Assembly (NCBI GenBank): GCA_004764695.1
Contig: SMSO01000031.1
Span: 3,138,436 to 3,202,435 of the forward strand
Direction of reading: 5' to 3'
DNA length: 64,000 bases
From: Schizochytrium sp. TIO01
Taxonomy: Eukaryota > Protista > Bigyra: Labyrinthulomycetes
Shown here: one piece after another, positions 45,306 through 56,700 of the stretch
Position numbering within the stretch: the stretch's first letter is position 1
Layout: each line of letters begins with the position of its first letter
Position numbers and translations under genes: made by a program
The notes under the pieces: generated by a model
Told to the model about the DNA's origin: nothing
Database searches by the model: none
Seen by the model: only the letters and a program-made list of their open reading frames with translations

Positions 45306-48101
45306 ATCCAGTACATAGTAGTCTATACCTCCATTCACACACACAAGATCCTTTTACCATATCTCTATACACCCCCTGACAATTTCAGATACACTCACAA
45401 CGAAAATCACGCATTCACAACGATTTTTATTTTTTTCTCACAGAGCTTCGTTTCCTTGGAAAACCCTTGCAATTAATATTTGTAGGGGTCGTTCGTAATA
45501 CTAGAGTTACATATGACAAGATGTATGATTTGACCATGTCCTGAGCATCACTTAAACTAAGAGCAATGTTTTCCTCTCCTCTTTTTCCTTTAAAACACAT
45601 CGAAGCGATAGATTCTTCTCTTAAGCTATACGAGTTATTGCACGCACTATGTTTTTTGCTTCGATGGAGAACATTGAGGATCTTTCAAAATTATAACGAG
45701 GAGTTTAACACAGTTGAAAGCTCTCCAGCTCATAATTCCAACCTCAAGCGAAGGTTACGCAAATACGCTGGTTCAGATGCTTCCGTTAGTTGATTACGTT
45801 CTAATCTTCATCGTGTGTTGATTTTTTTAATTTCATTTCGTTGCAATTCGACATTCGGAATGATACAGAGATGCAGCCGATTTATGTACTCCCAATGAAA
45901 GAGATAATTTTTTCTATCGCAGTTCTGCTCAAAATCCATGTTGGATCTAGACCTTGCGATGCACAGGAGAATAATAGTAAATTTAGACGTGCAAAGGTCC
46001 ACATACATGGTAAGCAGCAATACATTTTGCTACTATAACATTTACAAAGGACAATGTTTGGTTTTGGTTTTTCTTGACAGGATCAGATTTTCTACATATT
46101 GTAAATTATGTAATTGTTAGAAAAAATATTTTTGCTTGAGCGTCATCTGCGGATTTAGAATCCCAGAGGTTTAATTTTGCTGCTTTTTTTTTTTGCTTTT
46201 GAAAAAACTAAAAACTAAAATTCAAGAAATTGAATTGGGGCGAAGTTCGCCTTCACCGAGTACGTCTCACAGTAAAACAATGGCTGCACCATTATCGAAA
46301 GCGGGTTTTCATTACATTGCATGAGTCATAGAGCATTACAAGTGCTAAGGGTTACTACTGTACTGATATTAGCATTCTGCTATGCTCTGAGATTAAGTAC
46401 CGCCAAAGTCCACAGAATATGGATTCAGCAGTGATTGCCTGGTTTTCAGCCAAATAAACTATTTGACATATTTGATTTTTATTTAGGTATATTTTGTACA
46501 TGTATTCCATTTTCCTTCTCTTAGTTTTAAGAATTAGAATTTATGAACAGGATGATCGTTCATTTAGGTTTAAGCTATTTGATGTTAAGTTTTGCAACTA
46601 GAGCATCTGGTCCTTTTCAGTGTTCTTTCCAGCATACTGGCTCTCCAAGCTAAGAATGATCGCAGGTATCCTTAAAATGAGAGAACAGAGATGTCTATTA
46701 ATATTTCGATGATAGAGATATTGGAATCACAGCAGCACAGCAGCAGCAGCATTGGTAGTTTAAACTTTGTTTTGAAAGCATAAATGCCTTTTTTGCATGA
46801 GTACAATGATAAGCCCTTTTCTCCCTACGCATTCCCAGTTGCACTCTCTGTTGCTCTCCCTAGTCTGGGCTATATATACCTACCAATCAGTTTACGTTGA
46901 TGAAAACCCAAGGCAGCTCAAAGCATCATGTTTGTATCTTCTACCTCAGAAAGTCAATCACCCATGTGGCATCTACAAATTTCATAATTTCTACAACTCT
47001 ACGCCAGTGCTGTCTGATGAAAGAAACGCGCGGAACGGAGGCGGTCTAATCTCGCTTGAATAGGCCTGTTTCCCGATGAACGTCATCGCTCCTTCCATAA
47101 CACCCACTCTACCCCCTCTTTGAGGTGTGACTTTGTCCACCCCCTTTACAAAAACATGAGTGCATTATGGACCAACGTCGAAGACTGGAGTAGTATAGGT
47201 AACTAGCTGGCTATGCTGCCGCCTACCTTAAAAAATAATGTTCTTCGATTTTGAAACTCATATCCTTTCTTCAAGGTCGTAAAGAAGAAGAAGAAGAAGA
47301 ACACTCTCAGAGGTAAAGAGTAAATTAAAGAATCTTTCAGGAAATTGGTTAAAACTCAGGCCAAAACAGTCACTCATTGTCTCTTCCGTAAGATCTCTGT
47401 CGCAGCAGTCTAGTAAGCTCTGCTCCCCGAAGACCTTGAAAGATGACTGATTGATCGATTGGTTGATAGGCGGATTGATCGATTGATAGATTGACCGTCA
47501 ATCTTTCTCTCCTTCGTTCGTTTTCTTCCCTAATTTTTAATCGTTTCAAAGTCGCAACCTACAGCGCCTAGCACTACTACTAGGCCGCCTACCCGTAGTA
47601 GGTACTTCGAAAGAAAGAAAGAAAGACAGAAAGAAAGAGAGAGAGAGAGAAAGAGAGAATTTCGAAAACATCAAATATAAAACACGATCAGCAGAAGTTG
47701 CTTCTGCTCGTGACAGCCATGACGGGAATGGCGTTTCTAACCTCGGCGGGTTAGGACTCCGCGCCGACGGAGAGTGGCGGGCCTTGAGCTCGCTGGCTGG
47801 CTGGCTGGCTGGGCGGTGCGAGGAGGGCTGACTGAGTCTCTCGCTCGCGCGAGGACCGAAGCTTTCCGGTTCCCTCCATTTCTTTGTATTGATTGGAGCA
47901 TTCGCCTTTTCTGCGGCGCTGTAGTTGTCAATGGATAGATAGATAGATCAATTATTTAGATAGAGAGATAGTCAGTCAGTCAGTCATTGTATCATTATGG
48001 TATCTTCTGCTCTGCGCTTTTAGAGAGAATACGAATACTTACATACGTACGTAACCTTTTTACAGACTATGGTGTATGAGCCGTTGTAATGTGTGGACAA
48101 G

Positions 48102-48160
48102 GTATATATATATATATATGAATATGTATGTGAGTGAGTGAGTGAGTGAGTGAGTGTGTG
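48102..48160. repeat. Compound (TA)n / (TATG) / (GTGA)n microsatellite
   Basis: Read directly; GTGA run at about 48130-48156. Confidence 0.85.
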
Positions 48161-48417
48161 TTGTGTAGCAATGGCCACGTTACAGTAGGTATGAATGTAT
48201 GTATCTATTCTTTCTACTCACGGCCGAGTGGGTGAAAGGAATGGGTAGCAGACAGCAGGCAGGCCGGAACAAAGAGGCTAACAGACAACAGGAGACTCGA
48301 GGTGGAGAATGCTGGAGCATGGATGACGGGACGATAATAAGTGAGGCGAACCGCTTCGCTGTGGTTTATAATCATGGTTTTGATTGAGTTAGCTATTTAG
48401 TTAGTTGGGTAGCTAGT

Positions 48418-48457
48418 TTACTTTACTTTTACTTTTACTTTACTTTTACTTTACTTT
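48418..48457. repeat. (TTTTAC)n hexanucleotide microsatellite
   Basis: Read directly from sequence. Confidence 0.85.
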
Positions 48458-49256
48458 CCAAGAAAAAACAGAAAATAAGATTTATAACAAAGTACCAGTA
48501 AGACTTGGCTAATAGCGCGTGTAAGTGAAAAGATTTTCTTCTTGTTTTAGTTTTCTTGGTAATGGTAACACCTAATTTTAATTAAGAGGGAAAAGTATGT
48601 GATTTACATGGCTGACAGACAACAAGCAACTGTATGGCAAACCTGAATCGCGTCTTGCAGATAAAGCGGTAAGTCTCCCATGATGGATGCAGGATAGCTC
48701 GCAAGTCCTTGTGAACTCGTGTAGGCTCTATTTGATGATTGCTCCCTCGGAAGCCAAGGAAATAAACACTCTGACCGCTTCTGCTCGCAAAGAAATATAC
48801 GATTATCGTGAACGAATGAACAAACTGACAGGTTCAACAACCCTTGCCTACCTTCGCTTTATGTTCTCTTCTCTTATTTTTTGGACCGTGGATTTGATTC
48901 ACCCCTGTGCTCGCGTGGGTCTGCCTCTATCACAACAATCACAACCAACCTTTCCTGCACGTTGAAACGCATCAACAATGTACGATTTACGCCTGCTGCG
49001 GTTGCTTTATTTCTTTTATTGATTATACATGTTCAACATGATCTTGAACGTGATCACCGCAAACTCGACATTGTTCCCTCACCACAAATAATATACATGC
49101 CGATTACGAACAAACTTTTACTCAATCTCCTTCAAACTTCAAACGCCTCTGGATCGATTCCAATGAAATAAACATAAAAAACCAACGACACCATCACTCA
49201 ACTTTACAGCCTGACCTCGTATCTTCAGTTCACCTTCACTCATCCTACCCACCAAA

Positions 49257-50390
49257 ATGCAGAAGCTCAGTCTCGCTAGACGCGCCGCCGGCGCCGTGGC
49301 CTCCCGTGCCAACTCCGTGCGTGGTATCCATGCCTCTGCCGCCGTGAGTGGTCGTATCTACGACAACATCACCCAGACCATTGGTGAGACCCCCATCGTT
49401 CGCATCAACAACATCGCTCCGGAGGGCGTGAACGTGTACGGCAAGCTCGAGTACTTCAACCCGCTCGCCTCTGTTAAGGACCGTCTTGCTTTCGCTGTTA
49501 TCGACAAGGCTATGCGCCGTGGTGAGCTCAAGGCTGGCGATACTATTGTGGAGGCCACCAGTGGTAACACTGGAATTTCCCTCGCAATGGTGTGCGCCGC
49601 TCGTGGTATTAACTGTGTTATCACCATGGTCGAGACCTTCAGTGTAGAGCGCCGCAAGACTATGCGTATGCTCGGTGCCAAGGTCGTGCTCACTCCCGCT
49701 GCGGAGAAGGGTACCGGCATGGTCCGCAAGGCTCGCGAGCTTGCTGAGGAGCACGGATGGTTCCAGACCCGCCAGTTCGACAACACTGACAATGCGGATT
49801 ACCACGCATGCACTACTGGTCCTGAGATTCTCTCTGCCTTCTCTGACCGTGACCTCGACTACTTCGTTCTTGGATACGGAACTGGTGGCACCATCTTTGG
49901 ATCTGGACGCACCATCAAGGCTGCTAGCCCGAAGACCAAGGTGATTGCATGCGAACCTGCATCGGCAGCTCTCCTCACGAGCGGAACTCCCCAGGAGCGC
50001 AACCCTGACGGAACCGCATCCTGTTCCCACCCTGCCTTTGGCGCACACCCCATTCAGGGCTGGACCCCTGACTTCATCTCTTCTCTCCTCGAGAAGGGCA
50101 AGAACGCTGGCGCTTTCGATGAGGTTCTCCCCATTGATGGCAAGCGCGCAATTGAGACTGCTCAGCTCCTTGCCAAGAAGGAGGGTATCTTCTGTGGTAT
50201 CAGTGGAGGAGCCTCCATGGCTGTGGCTTTGGATATTGCCAAGGAGGCAGCCCCTGGAACCAACATCTTGGCCATCATTCCGGATCACGCTGAGAGATAC
50301 CTCTCCACCCCCCTCTTCGAGGGCATTGGCGCGGACATGAACGAGGAGGAGCTCAAGATCTCCAAGTCCACTCCGGGCTACCGTCTCTAA
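49257..50390 (+). CDS. cysK: Cysteine synthase (O-acetylserine thiol-lyase, CysK family) with probable mitochondrial presequence
   Basis: 377 aa. IGETPIV, KLEYFNPLASVKDR (PLP Lys), EATSGNTG, GYGTGGT, GIFCGISGGA, ERYLSTPLF. N-terminal MQKLSLARRAAG...RGIHASA is presequence-like. Confidence 0.96.
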   Translation: MQKLSLARRAAGAVASRANSVRGIHASAAVSGRIYDNITQTIGETPIVRINNIAPEGVNVYGKLEYFNPLASVKDRLAFAVIDKAMRRGELKAGDTIVEATSGNTGISLAMVCAARGINCVITMVETFSVERRKTMRMLGAKVVLTPAAEKGTGMVRKARELAEEHGWFQTRQFDNTDNADYHACTTGPEILSAFSDRDLDYFVLGYGTGGTIFGSGRTIKAASPKTKVIACEPASAALLTSGTPQERNPDGTASCSHPAFGAHPIQGWTPDFISSLLEKGKNAGAFDEVLPIDGKRAIETAQLLAKKEGIFCGISGGASMAVALDIAKEAAPGTNILAIIPDHAERYLSTPLFEGIGADMNEEELKISKSTPGYRL

Positions 50391-52122
50391 TTGATGAAGA
50401 AGTAGAACAAGAGAAAGACTTAAGTATATAGATAACACAACCATTCATCCATCAATTCATCCATCACAACACACTCAGCAACAGGCTTACATGCTTGCCA
50501 AACTATGAAACCTTGCCTTGATTTATGACTTATTTCTAGATTTGAAAGCTTGCTGAAAGGTATAGTCCTCTTTTGCAAATTCATGCTGCTGGAGACTTTG
50601 TAGGAGTTCAAAAGGTAAAGATGAAATAAAGGCTAGCGAGCTTGACCTTTAAATTTAACTTAATATGTGTATATTCATTTACCTTGCTAACTTTTGATCA
50701 TTCATTTCGTAAAACGAGTCGAAGCATCGAAGCAGAAGAAACAACTATTGCTGCGAGGTACTGGTATGCATACTAATAGAGAGAAAATGAGTAAATACCT
50801 GTTTATGTGTCAAAACCTCACGCTTTTTTTGATTTTATTCACTATCGCTAGTCATCTCAATGTGTGGATATCCTGAACGACTATGCTAAACTATTGATAG
50901 ATAGCCTTGTTCTTGAGATGACGTGGGGTGCGAAAGCCACTTTGGGCATAGCTTTTGACGTTGACGTTAATATTTCACTCAAATGGCGTATACGGAGTGT
51001 TTGTAAAGGTCGCGATTCTGGAATCTGGTGTATCCTCAATGACCTTTGAACTACGTGCGTGCGGATGATAATTTGATATGCGCTACAGAATGCCTTGCAA
51101 ATAAACTACCAAGCAAAGATACGAAGGATACAAATATCTCTCAAGTCAGTCATCTAGGCAAAGAACACGCATCGCAAAATGTAACTTCAGATTAGACGGA
51201 GAGACATATCGGATGTTGCAAGCACGGAAATCTCCTCTGGCTATCAACCCTTACAAATGGGCTGTTTTAAATAGCAACTTAACATGTGCTGTTTGTAAGA
51301 TTGGGTCTGCACAAATTTAATCAAAATTTTGTTAGATGCCCCTACATAGGCAATCGAAACAGTACATAATTGGAAACCCGGCATCGTGCGAAGACAATTA
51401 ACATTTGAGAGGCCATGTAGATTCTTCAATAGAGAGACCATAGTGAAACCACAGGCTGAGTAGTTTTTTGCGTCCATGATTTGGTAGATACTTACACAAG
51501 GGTACACATGTTTTAAAAGTGGATTGATTTTTAGGATGCACTAAGAATTTTTTTTTAAATTATTATTATCGAAGATTTAAGTTGAAATATTAGATTTCAC
51601 GAAACCCCTACAAAAAGTGCAGTGGTGGAAACGTTTAGATAGTCTGAATAACCCCGCAGTAGTTGAAACAAGAATATATATATATATATATGTTGATTCA
51701 GCTATCTTCAGAGAAACAGTGCATACTTTCGTATCCTCTAATTTAAATAAACAGCGCAAGGCTGGTACAAAGAGTAGCTACCAGCTATCTAGTGTGCTCT
51801 CATTAGTCACCTTAAGAGCAAGAAGGAAAGGGAACTGAAGGTGTGTACTGACGAGGAGTCCCCAAGGAAGTCCCCATGAAATTGAGAACAGGCCCCGCGC
51901 GGGACCTCGAGCTATGAAATAGACCAACAAGAAAAGCTTTGTATCCTTGCTCTCAAATTCGACAATGTCTGTTACTATTCTTTAGAAAAGCTTACAGCGA
52001 AAGCACCCAGGCACCAAGGTTCGGTAAATGGTATGAAGTTACTGAGTGATTATCATTATTGACTTATCGTTCATAGAAGCCCCTGGACACTGCAACGTAG
52101 AAACTTGCAGCAAAGGGGCAAC

Positions 52123-53460
52123 ATGCTGCAGACGATCTTTGCTAGTCGCAAAGAAGGTAAAGGTGACATCAGTGATGATGAATGGAGCGATGAAAAAGAA
52201 CGAGCGCTCCAAGAAAACCGAAAGTCGCGGTCCCAATACTCTGCGGCGCGAAATGCAATTTATAAACTCGCGGAGAAGCATGATATTTCTGTTTGTCCGG
52301 AGACAAGCTTGTATTTTGGAGTTATGGATGAACAAACAAAGCAAGCCCGGCGAAAATATCTCCGAGCAAAGTGCCAAACTCAATTTAAGCAGCAAAAGGC
52401 TCTGCAGAAGCACCATTTAGAGCAAGAACAGCACCAAAACACAGATAAGAATCAGCATCAAAGTACGCTAACTGTGCGCCCCCCCGAGCCAACACAAAAC
52501 GAGTACCATCACTTGCATCGTAGACAAATATACCACCAACGACATAGACTTCAACGTCCCCATAAATCGAATGGCGCAGATTCGGGATTGCCTGTTGACA
52601 ATAGCTTCAACAGTCGCAAAAGTGATTCAAGCTCTCTTATATCTAGGTCTCGAAATTCACATACATTTGATTCAAGTCGTCCCCACGAAGCCAAGGGCAA
52701 CTCATCAAACCCATTCTCTCAATACCAGGCTGCATTTCAAGCGCAGCTTGAACAGTTGCAGCGTGAAGCTGCTGCAGAGCAAGTTCGCATGGAAAGATAT
52801 TCTGACTCAGAATATGAGACACCACCAACAAATCACAAAAGTACTGGAAGGACCTTGGTTAAAAATAATGTTCATGAGGTTCCCGAATCGTCACCAAGGG
52901 AGCCCTCTTCTCCTGGTCAACTAAGAGCATCAACTTTGCAAAAAAAAGAAAGTGCACAGACGAAACCTATTTTCTTCCAAACCGAGCTCCAACCTGTAAC
53001 ACGAAAAAAGCCTTCTTCGTCACCATCGCGCACTTCAAATATGTCGAACCATTCGCACGGAACGATCTCTTTGAATGCACCTGGCGCAGCAAACTCGGAA
53101 GATTACATGAAACCAAGAAGCCTGGAGGTAGTCTTATATAAACATGATACAGATCGTCAACAGCATGAAGCTAGGCATAATGAAATAATTAAGCACCTAA
53201 GCGAGAGGCATGAAAAGATTGAATTTGCTTTTCACAGAGTAAAACAGCTCAAACAAATGATGAAAGGTGCTGTAGAAAAACATTCTCAGTTCTCAGAACA
53301 AACCATAAACGAACCACAGAGTAATCAGCAGAACCAAACACAACAAAATCCTACAAAGAGAATACCTCATAGCAAATTCCAAAGTTTGGAGATATTGCCC
53401 CCGATGCTCGAAAAGTCCCTTCGACAGATTGAATATTCTCTGAATGAGCCTATATTTTAA
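52123..53460 (+). CDS. Hypothetical, largely disordered Gln/Ser/His-rich protein
   Basis: ORF of ~445 codons from the first ATG (52123) in AT-rich context, too long for chance. Two short coiled-coil segments. No recognised domain. Confidence 0.7.
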   Translation: MLQTIFASRKEGKGDISDDEWSDEKERALQENRKSRSQYSAARNAIYKLAEKHDISVCPETSLYFGVMDEQTKQARRKYLRAKCQTQFKQQKALQKHHLEQEQHQNTDKNQHQSTLTVRPPEPTQNEYHHLHRRQIYHQRHRLQRPHKSNGADSGLPVDNSFNSRKSDSSSLISRSRNSHTFDSSRPHEAKGNSSNPFSQYQAAFQAQLEQLQREAAAEQVRMERYSDSEYETPPTNHKSTGRTLVKNNVHEVPESSPREPSSPGQLRASTLQKKESAQTKPIFFQTELQPVTRKKPSSSPSRTSNMSNHSHGTISLNAPGAANSEDYMKPRSLEVVLYKHDTDRQQHEARHNEIIKHLSERHEKIEFAFHRVKQLKQMMKGAVEKHSQFSEQTINEPQSNQQNQTQQNPTKRIPHSKFQSLEILPPMLEKSLRQIEYSLNEPIF

Positions 53461-53742
53461 TTTCGAAATCAAATTTAAAACAAATTTCTACTAGCGACAC
53501 GCACGCAAATATTGATAACTAAGTATTCTACCTGCTTTCCCACTTATGATAGGTTACTTGGAAGCTTCTGGATCTGCCTCTTGTGTCTCTTCGATACAAA
53601 TAGCACTTTTGATTTAAGAAAAAAGGATAGAATCTATGATTACATCATTTAATTTTAATTTTACATTGCTCATGATGTGTCTAAACATTCCATTTAAGAG
53701 AATCAGACTTAAAGAAGCACACCAGTTGTTGTATTTCGCATG

Positions 53743-56700
53743 TTATACCTCCTCCATTGACATGTTGGAAATGAGTGTGCTACAAAAGCTTTCACGCTCG
53801 ACGCGTGAAATATAAGAAAGTTGTTGTAACTTCATCTGTAACATATCCGCCTCGTCTTGCATCGCCTTAATCTTCTTTTCTCGTCGCTGCAAACGTCTGA
53901 GAGACTGATCGTACTTTGATTGAAGCTCAAAATTTGACGACTCAAGCTCACAAACATAATTTTCGAGTCGACTGAGCTCTTGGTCCGTAGTATACATTAC
54001 CTTTGATTTGCGACGTAGCTCCGCTGCCTCTTCTTTCGCTCGAATGAGCTGCATCTCACAGCACTTAAGTGCACGCCGATCCTCATCTGTTTGCATCTCG
54101 AGCGTTTCGTTCTCCTTTTCACGGGTTCTCAAAACCTCATGAAGCCTTGAGTTCTCTTCCAGTAGCGACTTGATTTTTGTCTTAGCACGTTCCTTGATCT
54201 GCAGAAGAACTTGACTGGACTCCTCCTGTTGAGCTTGGAGTTGTCCCACTTTATTCTCCTTATCGTGTATCGCAGAGACCATTTGATGGCTAAGACTCTC
54301 AGAGACACATTTGTACATTAATGCTCGCAAGCGCTCAACCTGTACACGCCATTGGCTCATGGCTTCAAACAAAGCTCGTTTTTCACGTCGAACCACCACT
54401 CGACGCAAGATGTTTCGGCGCACTCGCGAGTTATGGGCGTACTGTCTCCACAACTGCAAAGTTCTAGTAAGCCTCATTCGTCTAAAATGTCTACGCTGTG
54501 CCTTGGCTCGCGAAGTCTCTGATTTCCAGACTGCAAAAGATGCAATCAAGTGTCGCGAAGCTTGACGGCGGGCTGAAAGCTCATATAAACCCATCACTGT
54601 GCACCTGCCACATACAAATGCTCTCCAAGCCTCAAAATGTCGGCGAAGTTTTCGCCTCGGATTAATTTGTCTTTTCCATAGAATTACTCGCGCTTGAATT
54701 ACAGAAGTTCGAGCCTTCGTGATCTTGGCCCTGTTGCGCCAAGCAGTGAAGATTACACGCAAGTCTGATTTGCGACTCTCATAGCAATGCAGAGCCCATA
54801 ATCTCAAACAAGAACGAAGGCTGAGAGGCTGAAATTGCACTATGCATGCCCAAATAGCATGGGCTGCTCGGTGACGATGTACCACTGTTCGAGAGTAGTT
54901 CATGAGACGCACAGTCTCGCGCCATTTTGAAAATCCGCGTAGCATCCTAATCTTCGTGTTTGAAAGAAGTAAATGGGTCTTTTGTACGAGAGCACATAAA
55001 GAGGCTCTTCGAGAATTTTTGATAAACGTATACGCCTGCCAGTTTCGAAACGAAGTACGGCAAATAACAGTTGTGGACACGCGATGCCACTTATTCAGAG
55101 CCAAACTTTGATGCTGTAAGCGTTGCATATAATTCTTCCATTGCGTGAAGTTCAAGGAAAGAATGTCTTTCGTGCAACATGCTAAACGTCGCAGGAAAAG
55201 GCGGCGAATAAAAATCTTCGCATGGACAAATGATGCCCAATGAGAAAAGGATTCGCGTAAAAAGACGCTATGTTCTGTTTGTAATCGCTGGCGTGTTACC
55301 CCCAGAATGAGAGCCAAGTTGTTACGTCTAAGAATTCGCGCCCAGGACTGGAAGGTGCGTCGTAAAAGTGCATCTTTAGATCTTCGTGTAAGAATAGCAT
55401 AACGACTCCACGCAGTGAAGCTACGCGCAACATCAACCTTAGATAGCAAGGATTTGTTGTAGTTCCGCGCCTGGTTGTAACCTTCAGTTGCAAGGTCCAC
55501 CATACCAAGAAGACGCTGCTTTGCATTGTCAGCGCAACTGGCACGCCAAATATAGAAGCTTTTTCTGAGAAAATCATGTGATTCCTGCATTTCCCAAATG
55601 CGCTCAACAGACATCATGATTTGAGCATGGGAATATCGAACAGCTGCATGCTCGCGTAGTTTTGAAAATGCGCGGAAAAGATCAGCACGTCGCGTTCCCT
55701 GTCGATTGACCTGAGCAATCATTTGCAAGCCCAATGCCCTCGCTGCCATTTGCTTATTTTGAAATTGCACCTTGCGCAGTCGTTGAATTCCCATCATGAA
55801 ATGGTACCATCCGTCAAAACACTGTTGCAACAATAGTCTTTGACGAAGGGTATAGGTTGCAGTCGCCCATTTTACATGCGTGTGGACCCAAGCAGAGCAG
55901 CTACGCCATTGATGAAATGCTTTCGAAAGATGATATTTCCTCCACCAAATTACGGCTCGGCACACCATGAGCTGGTTAAGGATTCCTGGAAGCGACTTTT
56001 CACGGCGCACATGAAAGGACTTGACATGGTCAACTAACCGTAGGAAAGCTACACGAACAGAAAGCTGGCGCTGGCGATGGGCTCCAAGTTGAACTGCAAC
56101 CAAACCCAAGCCAACCACTGCTCTTATAGATTTCCAATTGTCCCAATATGAGCTACTAGACTCTTTCCTTGACTCAAGTTCTTCAGAATCCACCATTGCA
56201 AGATTATGGGCGTAATCAAGTTGCCCTTGCGCATAAACTACAACTCTTGCGAAAGCAACAAACCCCACGCGCATGAGACGTAGCCGCATTTGTTTCATGC
56301 ACCTTCGAAGCTGAAGACCCCTGCGTGAAACGCGGTTCATCCATTCGCGACCCATTATTCCGCCAACTTGCTCGAGGTATTGCCCGATGCGCTCTTCTGC
56401 AATCGGAGACAGGGCACGTTGAGCTATAGTGACCGAAGCAACGCTTCTACCTGACCTGTTTTCTATGTGATATAATTGTTGTCCGGGATGAGCACGGTTA
56501 GCAAGTGGATGGCCGCGCACAAGGGCGATACGAACTTTTACGAACTCCCGATCTACGCTGGCAAGGAGTGCTACATGTTTTTGCAACATAATTTCGGCGC
56601 TCGCCGCCGAGTTAGAACATGCAAGATCGATCACTCGAGAGACGTCACTGTGGACTGCTTGCGACCATCGATTCATAAGAAGCTTTGTGAACGCGACGCG

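Noticed and set aside
49245-50444. 399-aa antisense ORF over cysK
   Set aside because: Same codon-bias shadow; no independent coding signal.
51848-51882. CTGACGAG...GAAA hammerhead-like core
   Set aside because: The intervening sequence cannot form stem II, and I saw no stems I or III.
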